64,000 nucleotides of DNA from Vulcanimicrobiota bacterium (lineage in GTDB: Bacteria > Vulcanimicrobiota > Vulcanimicrobiia > Vulcanimicrobiales > Vulcanimicrobiaceae): NCBI GenBank assembly GCA_963733295.1, contig CAVTCS010000003.1:896001-960000 (forward strand), given 5' to 3'. The notes beneath the pieces were generated by a model. It was not told where the DNA came from, ran no database searches, and saw only the letters and a program-made list of their open reading frames with translations. Every line of letters starts with the position of its first letter. The stretch's first letter is position 1. Positions 46,953 through 57,284 of this stretch are shown piece by piece. A program made the position numbers and the translations under genes.

Positions 46953-47636
46953 ATGAAGATCGGTATCGTCGGCTCCGGAAATGTGGGCCGCTCGCTGGGC
47001 GTTCTGTGGGCGGAACACGGGCACGATGTGTTCTTCGGCTCGCGTGACCTCGACCGAGCGGAAACAGCCGCCGGCTTCACCCGCAACGCGTCGTTCGGCA
47101 GCAACGCCGAGGCTGCCGAGTTCGGCGAGGCGATCTTATGGACGCTCCGCTCCGTTCCGGCGCAGGAGGCGCTCGGCGATCCGGAACTTCTGGCCGGCAA
47201 AGTCGTCATCGACCCGAACAACGCGCCGTTGCGCGAGGACATGCGTCTCGGCCCCGCCGAGGACGTGCCGTCGCTGGCGGAACGGCTCGCGCTCGACGTG
47301 CCGAAGGCGCGGGTCGTCAAGGCCTTCAACATGCTGCCCATCGAGATCTTCGAGCTGTCTCCTACGCCGCTGCGCGACTACGCCGTGTCGGTGTTTCTCG
47401 CGGGCGACGACGCCGAGGCGAAGGCGATCGTCTCGCGCCTGGCGCGGAAGATCGGTCTGCTACCGCTGGACTGCGGGCCTCTCAAAGCCGCGCGGATGAT
47501 CGAAGGTCTCGCGGACTTCGTCCGTTACATGGGCGTAACGATGGGCCAAGGCTCGTATACGGCCCTCTCGTTGCATGCACTGCCGACTGCGAAAAGCCAA
47601 CGTCTCGGCGGACGCACCCCGTCCGAACTCGCCTAA
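46953..47636 (+). CDS. NADPH-dependent F420 reductase / F420_oxidored family oxidoreductase
   Basis: IGIVGSGNVG, GKVVID..N, ARVVKAFN, AGDDAEAK, D.GPL..AR.IE. Confidence 0.85.
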   Translation: MKIGIVGSGNVGRSLGVLWAEHGHDVFFGSRDLDRAETAAGFTRNASFGSNAEAAEFGEAILWTLRSVPAQEALGDPELLAGKVVIDPNNAPLREDMRLGPAEDVPSLAERLALDVPKARVVKAFNMLPIEIFELSPTPLRDYAVSVFLAGDDAEAKAIVSRLARKIGLLPLDCGPLKAARMIEGLADFVRYMGVTMGQGSYTALSLHALPTAKSQRLGGRTPSELA

Positions 47637-47705
47637 GGCCGGACTGAGGATGCGCTGAGGGCGTCCCAAAAGAGGCCCCGATTCCCGGACCGCTAAACTC
47701 GCGCC

Positions 47706-50700
47706 GTGCCCCGTCGCCGTAACGTGCTCGTGATCGGGTCCGGTCCGATCGTCATCGGACAGGCCGCCGAGTTTGACTATGCCGGCGTTCAGGCGTGCCG
47801 CGCGTTGCGCGACGAAGGCCACCGCGTCGTGCTGGTCAACTCAAACCCGGCGACGATTATGACCGACGAGGAGGTCGCCGACGCCGTCTACCTCGAGCCG
47901 CTGACGGCGGCCTCCGTCGAGGCCATCATCGAACGCGAGCGGCCCGACTCGCTGCTGCCGACGCTCGGCGGACAGACCGGTCTCAACCTTGCGGTCGACT
48001 TGTACGAAAGCGGCGCGATCGAGCGCTACGGCATCGAACTGTTGGGAACGCCGGTCGCAACGATTGCGCTGGCCGAGGATCGCGCCAAGTTCAAGGATGC
48101 GATGCTGGCGATCGGCGAGCCGGTGCCACCCAGCGCGATCGTAACGGACGTCGAGAGCGGCGTCGCGTTCGCGCGCGAGGCCGGCTATCCGGTGGTCGTG
48201 CGTCCGGCCTACACGCTGGGCGGCACCGGCGGCGGCGTCGTGCGCAACGAGAGCGAGCTGCGCGGAACGCTCGCGACCGGGCTCTCCGTGTCGCTCATCC
48301 ATCAAGCCCTGGTCGAGACCTCACTTTTGGGCTGGAAGGAAATCGAGTACGAAGTCCTGCGCGACAGTGCGGACAACTGCATCATCGTCTGTAACATGGA
48401 GAATATCGATCCGGTCGGCGTGCATACCGGCGATTCGATCGTCGTCGCGCCGTCGCTGACGCTTTCGGACGCCGAATATCAAATGCTGCGCAGCGCGAGC
48501 TTGAACGTGATTCGAGCGCTGAAGGTCGAAGGCGGGTGCAATATCCAGTTCGCCCTGCATCCGCAACGCAGCGAATACAACATCATCGAGGTAAACCCGC
48601 GCGTCAGCCGGAGTTCGGCGCTCGCTTCGAAAGCGACCGGCTACCCGATCGCCAAGATCGCGACCAAGATCGCGTTAGGCATGACGCTCGACCAGATCGA
48701 GAACCCGGTCACCGGCGTCACCAAAGCAGCCTACGAGCCGACCCTCGACTACGTCGTGGTCAAAATCCCACGTTGGCCTTTCGACAAGTTTCCCCGCGCC
48801 GACACGCGCCTGGGAACGCAGATGAAGTCGACCGGTGAGGCGATGGGGATCGGGCGCACGTTCGGCGCCGCTTTGATGAAAGCGGTGCGTGGGCTCGATC
48901 TCGGCCGCGAAACGTTGACCGGCACTTCGCTCGAGAACTGGAGTGACGACGAGCTCGAAGCAGCCTACACCGCGCCGACGCACGAGCGCCTCTTCGCTCT
49001 CGCGCAAGCGCTCCGCCGCGGCGCTCGACCGGAGAGCCTCAGCGCGGCATCCACGATCGATCCCTTCTGGCTCTGGGAATTCGCCGAGCTGGTCGACCTC
49101 GAAGAGCGCTTACGCAACGCCCCGAACCCCGAGGAGCTGCGCCGGGCGCTCGCCTCGGGCTATTCGCAAGCCGGCATCGCCAAGCTCACCGATTCGAGCG
49201 GCAACGTTTCGCTTTGGAACCAGACGCAGCTTGCCGCCGGCGAGGATGCGCGAAGCGTCGCCAGTTTTCGAATGGTCGATACGGCCGCCGCCGAGTTTCC
49301 CGCGCGCTCGCCCTACTATTATCTTTCGCGCTACGAGCACGACGAGATGCGACCGCCGGGAGGCCCAGCGATTGTCGTCGTCGGCAGCGGGCCCATTCGC
49401 ATCGGACAAGGCATCGAGTTCGACTACTCGTGCGTGCACGCAGCCTGGGCGTTGCGCGCGGCCGGGCGCGCCGCCGTCGTCGTCAACAACAATCCCGAGA
49501 CGGTCTCAACCGATTTCGACGTCTCCGACGTGCTGGTCTTCGAGCCGCCGGGCGCCGACGAAGTCGAGGCCGCGTACGCGGCGACGGGTGCCGACGGCGT
49601 GCTGCTCGCCTTCGGGGGACAGACGTCGATCAACCTCGCGGCGGAGTTGAGCGGACGTGGCGTGCGCATCATCGGGAGCGATCGCAAGAGCCTCGAGATG
49701 GCCGAAGATCGCGAGCAATTCGAAGCGGCGCTGGAACGCCTCGGCGTCGCGCGTCCGCGCGGCCGGGCGGCCGGATCTTTCCGCCAGGCGCGCAGCATCG
49801 CTCGCGAACTGGGTTTTCCGGTGCTCGTGCGGCCGTCCTTCGTGCTCGGCGGACGCGGCATGGAAATCGTTTACAACGAAGGCCAACTCGCCTCATACGT
49901 CGAGACCGCGCCGCCCGTTACGCCCGGCAAACCGCTCCTCGTCGACAAGTATCTGCGCGGACTCGAAGTCGAAGTCGATGCCGTCTACGATGGCGAGGAC
50001 ATTCTCGTTCCGGGAATTTTCGAGCACATCGAGCGGGCCGGAATCCACTCCGGCGATTCGATCAGCGTTTATCCGCCGCAGACGTTGGACGCCGAGATGC
50101 AGCATCGCATCCTCGAGGTCACGCGTGCCATCGCGCGCGAACTGCAGACGCGCGGCTCGATCAACATCCAGTTCGTCGTCCACGAAGGCGAGCCGTACAT
50201 CATCGAGGCGAATCCGCGTGCGAGCCGGACCGTTCCGATCATCTCGAAAGCGACGGGGGTGAATCTGGTCGCCGCCGCCGTGCGCGTCGCGCTGGGTGAG
50301 AAGTTGCGCGACATGCCGTACGGAACGGGTCTGCTCGAGCCGATGCCGTTCGTCGTGGTCAAAGTTCCGGTGTTCTCGTTCGCAAAAATGCGCGGCGTCG
50401 AAACGATCCTTGGGCCGGAGATGAAGTCGACCGGCGAGGTCCTGGGAATCGACGTCGGGTTCGCCGGTGCGCTGCGCAAGGGATTCATCGCAGCCGGCTT
50501 GCGCGTGCCCGACCCCTCCGATCCCGCCAGGCGCGGGCGCATCTTAGTCTCGATCTCGGACGAAGAGAAGACCGAGTCGGTGCCGATCTTGCGGCGCTAT
50601 GCCGAACTCGGGTTCACGCTCGTCGCGACGGCCGGCACGCACGCTCTGCTGATCGAGCACGGAATCGTAGCCGAACGCATCAACAAGATCTCCGAAGGCT

Positions 50701-50951
50701 CGCCGCACGTGCTCGACGCGATCGAGGCGCGTTCGGTCGACATGGTGATCAACAACGCGATGGCCGAGCGAGCGATCAACGACGGCTATCGCATCCGGCG
50801 TGCGGCGGTCGAAAGCAGCATCGCGTGCCTAACGAGCCTCGACACCGCCCGCGCGCTCGCCGAAGCACTGGGATCGAGCGCCGGGCCGCCGCGTTCGCTC
50901 CAAGAATACCGCGCGATGAGCGCGGCTCCCCAAGCGATAGGTTCGCTCTAG
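47706..50951 (+). CDS. carB: Carbamoyl-phosphate synthase large subunit
   Basis: GSGPIVIGQAAEFDY, two ATP-grasp halves, C-terminal MGS domain; 1081 aa. Confidence 0.98.
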   Translation: MPRRRNVLVIGSGPIVIGQAAEFDYAGVQACRALRDEGHRVVLVNSNPATIMTDEEVADAVYLEPLTAASVEAIIERERPDSLLPTLGGQTGLNLAVDLYESGAIERYGIELLGTPVATIALAEDRAKFKDAMLAIGEPVPPSAIVTDVESGVAFAREAGYPVVVRPAYTLGGTGGGVVRNESELRGTLATGLSVSLIHQALVETSLLGWKEIEYEVLRDSADNCIIVCNMENIDPVGVHTGDSIVVAPSLTLSDAEYQMLRSASLNVIRALKVEGGCNIQFALHPQRSEYNIIEVNPRVSRSSALASKATGYPIAKIATKIALGMTLDQIENPVTGVTKAAYEPTLDYVVVKIPRWPFDKFPRADTRLGTQMKSTGEAMGIGRTFGAALMKAVRGLDLGRETLTGTSLENWSDDELEAAYTAPTHERLFALAQALRRGARPESLSAASTIDPFWLWEFAELVDLEERLRNAPNPEELRRALASGYSQAGIAKLTDSSGNVSLWNQTQLAAGEDARSVASFRMVDTAAAEFPARSPYYYLSRYEHDEMRPPGGPAIVVVGSGPIRIGQGIEFDYSCVHAAWALRAAGRAAVVVNNNPETVSTDFDVSDVLVFEPPGADEVEAAYAATGADGVLLAFGGQTSINLAAELSGRGVRIIGSDRKSLEMAEDREQFEAALERLGVARPRGRAAGSFRQARSIARELGFPVLVRPSFVLGGRGMEIVYNEGQLASYVETAPPVTPGKPLLVDKYLRGLEVEVDAVYDGEDILVPGIFEHIERAGIHSGDSISVYPPQTLDAEMQHRILEVTRAIARELQTRGSINIQFVVHEGEPYIIEANPRASRTVPIISKATGVNLVAAAVRVALGEKLRDMPYGTGLLEPMPFVVVKVPVFSFAKMRGVETILGPEMKSTGEVLGIDVGFAGALRKGFIAAGLRVPDPSDPARRGRILVSISDEEKTESVPILRRYAELGFTLVATAGTHALLIEHGIVAERINKISEGSPHVLDAIEARSVDMVINNAMAERAINDGYRIRRAAVESSIACLTSLDTARALAEALGSSAGPPRSLQEYRAMSAAPQAIGSL

Positions 50952-51364
50952 CCTCCCATCCCGTTTCGCAGTTTGCGTGGAATGACGGCTTTGAGCGCCG
51001 TATGCGAATCCGAGAAGGCGACGACTTTGATGTCGACGAGGCCGGCCGCGAGGAGTGCTTCGCGCACGCTCCGCTCCGGGAGCGGCGCCGCTTTGCCTTT
51101 GCGATAGATGAGCCAGAGCGCCCCGGCCGCTTCGAGGTGGTCGCGGAGTTTCTGGATCGCCGCGAGATCGCGCTCGGCCTCGAAGCCGCGCAAGATTGCG
51201 TCGAATCGCCCGCGGGCCGCTTTGGCCGGCGGCGCACCGAGACGGCCGGCGAGTTCGAGTTCGAATTCCGCATCCGGCACGGCCAGCGTGCAGACGCGCA
51301 TGCCGGTTTTGATTCCGAGCTTGTCCAGCCGCGACTTCAGGCTGCAAAAGGCTTCGCGGCCCAA
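50948..51364 (-). CDS. DUF3052-like hypothetical protein
   Basis: DKLGIK.G, GALW....KG, VRE..L.AGLVD.KV.AFS. Confidence 0.65.
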   Translation of the reverse strand: MGREAFCSLKSRLDKLGIKTGMRVCTLAVPDAEFELELAGRLGAPPAKAARGRFDAILRGFEAERDLAAIQKLRDHLEAAGALWLIYRKGKAAPLPERSVREALLAAGLVDIKVVAFSDSHTALKAVIPRKLRNGMGG

Positions 51365-51799
51365 TCAATCCTCAGCCGGGGCTAACGAAGCGGACCTGAC
51401 ATCGAGCAGGTAGCCGTCGATGGCGCGTTCCCGGTTCAAGATGAAGCGCGCCGCAAAACGGACCAAGGGATTTGAGATCGTGTAGTTCTCGACGATCGTC
51501 AAGCGCGTTCCGTCGCCGAACGGCTCGAGCTCGTAGATCCACTCACCCCGAAAAGGGAGCGTCATATCGACCACGGTCGTGCGCAGGCGGCGCGGCGGAG
51601 CGCTCTCGGCGATGGCGTACGCGCCGTCGTTGCGGCGGCTGAATTCCGCCAGCACGACCGGCCACAAGCGCTCGATAGCCGTTGGATAAGCTTCGGATCT
51701 CGTCGTGCTATGCGACGAAGGGAGCAGCGCGCCGACGGCGAGTGGTGCGAGGACCAGCGCGCCTGCCGCACCCGCAAGCGCAGGCCAGCGACGTTTCAT
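51365..51799 (-). CDS. SRPBCC/polyketide-cyclase-like protein
   Basis: N-terminal TM; LPFRGEWIYELEP...GTRLTI.E.....NP..RF; ATG at 51799. Confidence 0.65.
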   Translation of the reverse strand: MKRRWPALAGAAGALVLAPLAVGALLPSSHSTTRSEAYPTAIERLWPVVLAEFSRRNDGAYAIAESAPPRRLRTTVVDMTLPFRGEWIYELEPFGDGTRLTIVENYTISNPLVRFAARFILNRERAIDGYLLDVRSASLAPAED

Positions 51800-51859
51800 G
51801 CCGGGACCTTCGCCCTTCGAGAGAGGCCCCCTCGAACGTGCGTCCGTACTACGAGTACA

Positions 51860-52615
51860 GTGGAGCGTTCGCAACGGCAAACGGCGCGCGAGGGAAGCGT
51901 CTACGTGCTCGGCGGCAACGCGAGCACGCTCGCGTTCGTCTCGTCGCTGCGACTCGAAAATCAACAGATTACCGCATGGCTCGTTCCGCTCGCATGGACG
52001 CCGGTCGGAGTCACGCTGGGCGACGCCTGGCAGCGCGTCGGCATCGCTGCCGACAACCTGGCCGGTTGGGCGGACTCGACCTTTCCGGCCGAAGACGAGC
52101 ACGCATTCGTCACGTCGTTGCGCGACTTGGAGCTGCTGCTGCGGGTCGCATGGCACGCTGAAGCGCCGCAAGCGCTTTCGGAAGATCTGCTGATCAATCC
52201 CGAGGACGTTCCGGGCGACGTTCTGGATGGGATCGACCGGCCCGCGGTCGCATTGACGCAGTGTGCGGTTTGCCGTCGCATGTGCGCGCGCGACGATTTC
52301 GTTTGGAACGACCGCCAACTCTGCGCCTGGGATTATCACGCAACCGTCTTCGGAAAACGCGGACCGTGGCGCAGCGAACCGTACGACGAGCGCCTCTTCG
52401 AGACGCTCCCCGCGGTCCCGTACGTCGCCCCGGGGCTGCTCGACGAAGCGTCGGTCGAGCCGGTCCTCGCGGTCAGCGGCCTGCCTGAGAACCTCATGAC
52501 CGAACTCGTCAACCGCGCGATCGCCGAGGGCGGCGGCGGCGCGTTCCTCGCCGTACGGACCGACGACGGCCTGACGCTCCTGCGCGAGCGCAGCGGTCCC
52601 AAAGCGGCGACTTGA
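51860..52615 (+). CDS. Hypothetical protein with Cys/His cluster
   Basis: Open frame with typical codon usage; CAVCRRMC...LCAWDYH; 14 nt upstream of pbpA. Confidence 0.65.
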   Translation: MERSQRQTAREGSVYVLGGNASTLAFVSSLRLENQQITAWLVPLAWTPVGVTLGDAWQRVGIAADNLAGWADSTFPAEDEHAFVTSLRDLELLLRVAWHAEAPQALSEDLLINPEDVPGDVLDGIDRPAVALTQCAVCRRMCARDDFVWNDRQLCAWDYHATVFGKRGPWRSEPYDERLFETLPAVPYVAPGLLDEASVEPVLAVSGLPENLMTELVNRAIAEGGGGAFLAVRTDDGLTLLRERSGPKAAT

Positions 52616-52629
52616 TGCGTTAAGACCGG

Positions 52630-54006
52630 GTGGGAATCAATCGCGCAATCGGCCGGCTGACGCTGCTCTTCATCGCACTCTACGTCGTGCTCGCGACGCG
52701 GCAAGTTTGGATTCAAGCGATCGCAGGTCCGCAGCTGGCGGATAACGTGCACAACCCGCGCAGCGCGCTTCTGTCGCAATATCGCGGTTCGATCGTGGCG
52801 CGCGACGGCACGGTCTTGGCCGCCTCGAATGCGCGCGGGCGCGTCTACCCGCTGGGCCCGGCACTTGCGCAAACGGTCGGCTACGTGTCGGCGCGCTACG
52901 GAACCTCCGGGCTCGAGTCGGTGTACGAAGCGCAGCTGGCGGCGCGCGCCGCCGGTAACGATCCGTGGACGCAGCTGCTCGGAATCTTCGGCAGAGCGCA
53001 GGGTCCGGCGCGCGGCCAGACGCTGGTCACGACGATAGATCCCGCGATCGAGCGGACGCTGTACGACAGCTTGAGCGCTTATCCGCGCGCAGCCGGCATC
53101 GCGCTCGATCCGCGCAGCGGGGAAGTGCTCGCGATCGCGAGCGTACCCAGCTTCGACCCGCAACGGATCGACGCGAGCTTCGCGGCGCTTTCACGGGACG
53201 CATCCAGCCCGCTCCTAAACCGCGCGATCGACGGCCTCTACCCGCCCGGCTCGACCTTCAAAATCGTCACCGTCGCCGACGCGCTCGACGCGGGTGTCGT
53301 CAGCCTCGACTCGACCTTCGAAGATCCGGGGTCGTACCAAGTCGGCAATTTCGTCGTGCACGACGACGAAGGCGAGGCGACGGGGCGGCGCTCGCTGGCG
53401 GGGGCTTTCGCGCTTTCCAGCAACGTCGACTTCGCGCAAATCGCGCTGGCGCTCGGTGCGGACCGGTGGTTCGAGTACGCGGCGCGCTGGCGTCTCGGCG
53501 AGCCGCTCGACTTTACGCTCGCTACCTCGCGCGATCACCTCCCCGCGCGCGACAGCGTCACGCCCAGCATCCTCGCGCAACTCGGCTTCGGGCAGGCCGA
53601 CCTGCTCGTCACGCCGCTGCGGATGGCGCTGGTAGCGGCGACGATTGCCGAAGCCGGCGCGACGCCGCATCCCACGCTGGTGCGGGTTACCAGCGAGTCG
53701 CCGCCGCTCGCGAATCCGATCGACGCGGAGATCGCGGGCGAGGTTCGCGACCTGATGAGCGGCGTCGTCGCGAACGGGACCGGCACGGCCGCGGCTCTGC
53801 CCGCGCTCACGGTTGCCGGGAAGACCGGGACCGCCACGAACCCGGCTGGAAGGTCGCATGCATGGTTCGTTGCGTTCGCACCGGCCGAATCACCGCGCGT
53901 GGCGGTCGCGATCGTGGTGGAGAATGCCGGCTACGGCGGCGCGGTCGCGGCACCCATCGCGCGCCGCGTTCTGGTGACCGCGCTGCACCTCCCGCGAGGC
54001 TCCTAG
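52630..54006 (+). CDS. pbpA: Class B penicillin-binding protein (PbpA-like)
   Basis: RG.I..RDG, YPPGSTFK, SSN, KTGT, HAWFVAFAP. Confidence 0.9.
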   Translation: MGINRAIGRLTLLFIALYVVLATRQVWIQAIAGPQLADNVHNPRSALLSQYRGSIVARDGTVLAASNARGRVYPLGPALAQTVGYVSARYGTSGLESVYEAQLAARAAGNDPWTQLLGIFGRAQGPARGQTLVTTIDPAIERTLYDSLSAYPRAAGIALDPRSGEVLAIASVPSFDPQRIDASFAALSRDASSPLLNRAIDGLYPPGSTFKIVTVADALDAGVVSLDSTFEDPGSYQVGNFVVHDDEGEATGRRSLAGAFALSSNVDFAQIALALGADRWFEYAARWRLGEPLDFTLATSRDHLPARDSVTPSILAQLGFGQADLLVTPLRMALVAATIAEAGATPHPTLVRVTSESPPLANPIDAEIAGEVRDLMSGVVANGTGTAAALPALTVAGKTGTATNPAGRSHAWFVAFAPAESPRVAVAIVVENAGYGGAVAAPIARRVLVTALHLPRGS

Positions 54007-54015
54007 TGGGTACGA

Positions 54016-56112
54016 ATGGTCGAGCGTAATCTGAGCGAGCGCTACCGGCTCGAGGGCCGCATCGGGCAAGGCGGCATGGCGACGGTTTACGCCGGAATGG
54101 ACACGGTCTTGCGGCGCCGCGTCGCGATCAAGATCCTGCGGCCACAGTTCGCCGAAGACGAAGACTTCGTCCGTCGGTTCTACACCGAGGCGCAGCACGC
54201 GGCAAAGCTCTCGCATCCCAACATCGTCAACATCTACGACGTGGGGCACGAAGGCGAGAACTATTTCATCGTGATGGAGTTAGTCGACGGCTCGACCCTC
54301 GCCGAGATGATCGAAAGCGACGGGCGCTTGCCGGAGGCCGTCGCGATCGACTTTGCCGCGCAGATTTGTAACGGCCTGGCATACGCGCACCGCCAGGGCT
54401 TGCTGCACCGCGACATCAAGCCGGCGAACGTCCTCGTGGCGAAGGACGACGTCGTAAAGATCTCAGACTTCGGTATCGCGCGCGCGGTTACGACCCAAAC
54501 CGTTACGATCACGCAGCCCGGCATGGTGATGGGCAGCGTTTTCTACATCTCGCCGGAGCAGGCGCAGGGACGCGAACTCGACGAGACCTCCGATCTTTAC
54601 AGCCTCGGCGTCGTGCTCTACCAGATGCTGAGCGGGAAGCTGCCGTACACCGGGGAGTCGCCGGTGACGGTTGCGCTCAAACACGTGTCCAGCCCCGTTC
54701 CGTCGCTGGAGGCGGACGAGCCCGACATCAGTCCGGCGCTCGCGGCAATCGTGCGCAAGCTCTTGCAGAAAGAACCTGCGGCACGCTTCCATACCGCGAT
54801 GGAACTCGCGACGGCGTTGCGCGCCGCGCGCGAACACCCACTCTTGACGACGCCCTTCGACGTGCCCGCGCGCGAGTCCGATCCGCCGCCGCAGACGATC
54901 CCCAACCCGCGGCCGCGTCTCTCGCGTCATCCCGACGGCTCCGCCGTGCGCCGTAGCCAGCCGCCGCGTGACGGCGAAGACGACCTCCCCAAGCGTGGAC
55001 TCGGCGCGCCCGCCTTCGCGGCGCTGGCGCTGGCGGCCGCGGTCGCCGTCGCCGGCGGATACTTTTTCGCCGCGCAGCCCGGCGGATTTCTCGCCAAGCC
55101 GCAAGCGATCGCGGTCGAGAACCTCGTCGGCAAGCCGGTCGATGAAGCGGAAGCGAAGCTGACCGCCGCCGGTCTCGCTTTTGCGGTCGTGTCGGTTGCC
55201 AGCGACGTGGTTCCCGCGGACCGCGTGGTGCGCCAGGATCCACCCGCGGCGAGCAAGCTCGCGCCGCACGGGGTCGTGCAGCTTTTCGTCAGCACCGGGT
55301 TGCCGATGGTGGAATTGATCGACCTTCGGCAATACTCGCGGGCCGACGCGGAACGCTACCTGCGCAACGCGCGGCTCGTTCCAAAAGTCACCGAGCGATT
55401 CGACAAGGCGCCCAAGGACACGGTCCTGGCGCAACAGCCGTTGCCCAACAGCAAGGTGCCGATCCGTTCGGCGGTAGCGCTGGTCGTATCGAAGGGCGAA
55501 CGGCCGGTGGCGCTTCCCGACGTCGTAACGCTGCTCGTCGGGGACGCGACGACCGAACTCACGAAACTCGGTTTGAAGCTCGAGGTCAGCGAACGAACGC
55601 CGAACGACAACATTCCGGCCGACGTCATTGCCTCGCAGAATCCCGCGGCGGGCACGAAGGTCCCGCCCGGTTCGACCGTCGCGGTTGTGGTCAGCGCCGG
55701 TCCTCCGCAGTTCCCGTTGCAAGATTTCGCATCGAGCGACGCGATCGACGCGACGCAGAAGTTGCAGAGCCTGGGCCTCGTGGTACGGTACACCTACATC
55801 GTCGACCCGAGCCAGACGAGCGGGACGATCTTGCGTCAAGATCCGGCGCCCGGTGCCTCGGTCGCCAAGGGTGCCGCCGTCACGCTCTCGGTCGTCGTGC
55901 CGGGCGAGGTTCCCGACGTCGCGGGCAAGAGCGCCGACGACGCGCGCGCGATTTTGCAAACCGCCGGCTACAAGATCGGCAACGTCGCCTACACCCAGGG
56001 CGGAACAGCGGGGACTGTCGTTCGCACGGAACCGGCCGCCGGTACTGCGCTGCGCCCGGGAGAAACGGTCAACCTGTACGTCGGCGGCGCGGCGCCGGGC
56101 GCGACGCAGTGA
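54016..56112 (+). CDS. pknB: Ser/Thr kinase with TM and five PASTA repeats (PknB/Stk1)
   Basis: GQGGMATVY, VAIK, HRDIKPAN, DFGIA, YISPEQ; PASTA repeats ending VS.G. Confidence 0.95.
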   Translation: MVERNLSERYRLEGRIGQGGMATVYAGMDTVLRRRVAIKILRPQFAEDEDFVRRFYTEAQHAAKLSHPNIVNIYDVGHEGENYFIVMELVDGSTLAEMIESDGRLPEAVAIDFAAQICNGLAYAHRQGLLHRDIKPANVLVAKDDVVKISDFGIARAVTTQTVTITQPGMVMGSVFYISPEQAQGRELDETSDLYSLGVVLYQMLSGKLPYTGESPVTVALKHVSSPVPSLEADEPDISPALAAIVRKLLQKEPAARFHTAMELATALRAAREHPLLTTPFDVPARESDPPPQTIPNPRPRLSRHPDGSAVRRSQPPRDGEDDLPKRGLGAPAFAALALAAAVAVAGGYFFAAQPGGFLAKPQAIAVENLVGKPVDEAEAKLTAAGLAFAVVSVASDVVPADRVVRQDPPAASKLAPHGVVQLFVSTGLPMVELIDLRQYSRADAERYLRNARLVPKVTERFDKAPKDTVLAQQPLPNSKVPIRSAVALVVSKGERPVALPDVVTLLVGDATTELTKLGLKLEVSERTPNDNIPADVIASQNPAAGTKVPPGSTVAVVVSAGPPQFPLQDFASSDAIDATQKLQSLGLVVRYTYIVDPSQTSGTILRQDPAPGASVAKGAAVTLSVVVPGEVPDVAGKSADDARAILQTAGYKIGNVAYTQGGTAGTVVRTEPAAGTALRPGETVNLYVGGAAPGATQ

Positions 56113-56627
56113 TGCGGATTCTCGGAGTCGACCCCGGCTTGCGGGTGACGGGCTACGGCGCGATCGAACTCGGGCCGCGCGATGCGCGCCTCATCGAAGC
56201 GGGCGTCATCGCGCCCGATGCCGGCGAATCGCTCGAACACCGGCTCGGTGCGCTCTACGACGAACTGCTCGCGGTCGTGCTCGCGACGCGTCCCGACGTC
56301 ATGGTGATCGAGGAGCTGTGGACCGCCTATCGCAACCCGACGACGGCGGTCTTGATGGGACACGCGCGCGGCGTCCTGTGTTTGGCCGCGCACGTCTCGG
56401 GAGTTCGCCTGCGCCATTTGGTTCATTCGCACGTCAAACGAGTCTTGGTCGGCTCGGGTGCGGCGCGCAAGGATCAAGTCAAGCGCATGGTCATGCGTCA
56501 ACTGCGCCTGGTGACGACACCCGAACCCAGCGACGTTTCCGACGCTCTGGCGCTCGCGCTCGCACTCGCCAATATCGAGCGCACCGAAGCACGCCTCGGT
56601 CCGCTCGTCGCCGCCCGGGTGCGATGA
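56112..56627 (+). CDS. ruvC: Holliday junction resolvase
   Basis: ILGVDPG...TGYG, IEE, G.G.A.K.QV, DVSDALA.A. Confidence 0.95.
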   Translation: MRILGVDPGLRVTGYGAIELGPRDARLIEAGVIAPDAGESLEHRLGALYDELLAVVLATRPDVMVIEELWTAYRNPTTAVLMGHARGVLCLAAHVSGVRLRHLVHSHVKRVLVGSGAARKDQVKRMVMRQLRLVTTPEPSDVSDALALALALANIERTEARLGPLVAARVR

Positions 56628-56636
56628 CGAAGGGCG

Positions 56637-56645
56637 TGGTACAAT
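56637..56645 (+). promoter_or_regulatory. Extended -10 promoter TGgTACAAT upstream of ruvA
   Basis: TGn-TACAAT 9 nt before the ATG; no SD. Confidence 0.6.
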
Positions 56646-56654
56646 CGTAGCGAC

Positions 56655-57284
56655 ATGTTCTCGCGCATAACGGGGATCGTCGCCGAGCGTTCTGGATCGA
56701 GCGTGCTGCTCGACGCCGGTGGCCTCGCTTACGAAGTGATACTGCCGCCGTGCGTGGTGGAGAAGCTTCCGCCCGGCACCGGCGAGCGAGTCACGCTCGA
56801 GATCTACCCGGCCTTCAACATGGAAGGAAATAGCGGGCGCTTCACGTTCTTCGGTTTCACGAACGCGGTCGAGCGCGAATTTTTCGAAGCGCTGATCAGC
56901 GTGGCCAGCATCGGCCCGAAGACGGCGGCGCGCGCGTTTTCCGAACCGATGGCGCGCATCGCGCGCGCGATCGATGCCGGCGACTACGCGTTTCTGGTCA
57001 AGCTGCCGGGTATCGGCCAACAGAAGGCGCGCGACATCGTGGCGAAACTCCAAGGTAAGGTAACGAAGTTCTTGCTGATTCAAGAAGCCGAGACGCGCCC
57101 GAGAGAGACGATTCCGGACTTTGCGGCCGAAGCGCTGGCCGTGCTCTTGCAACTCGAGTACCGCCGGGGTGAGGCCGAGGCGATGATCGACGAGACCTTG
57201 CGAGCAGACCCGCAGCTCGCCGATGCCGAGTCGCTCTTGACCGAGGTCTACCGTCTGAAGAACCGGCGCGCCGAGGCGTCGTGA
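56655..57284 (+). CDS. ruvA: Holliday junction branch migration protein A
   Basis: GGLAYEV, FFGF....ERE.FE.LISV..IGPKTA, LPGIG..KA. Confidence 0.93.
   Translation: MFSRITGIVAERSGSSVLLDAGGLAYEVILPPCVVEKLPPGTGERVTLEIYPAFNMEGNSGRFTFFGFTNAVEREFFEALISVASIGPKTAARAFSEPMARIARAIDAGDYAFLVKLPGIGQQKARDIVAKLQGKVTKFLLIQEAETRPRETIPDFAAEALAVLLQLEYRRGEAEAMIDETLRADPQLADAESLLTEVYRLKNRRAEAS

Noticed and set aside
47655..47680. Possible PyrR-binding loop (GTCCCAAAAGAGGCC) upstream of carB
   Set aside because: Spacing departs from the ARUCCNGNGAGGYU consensus, there is no terminator/antiterminator, and carB appears leaderless.
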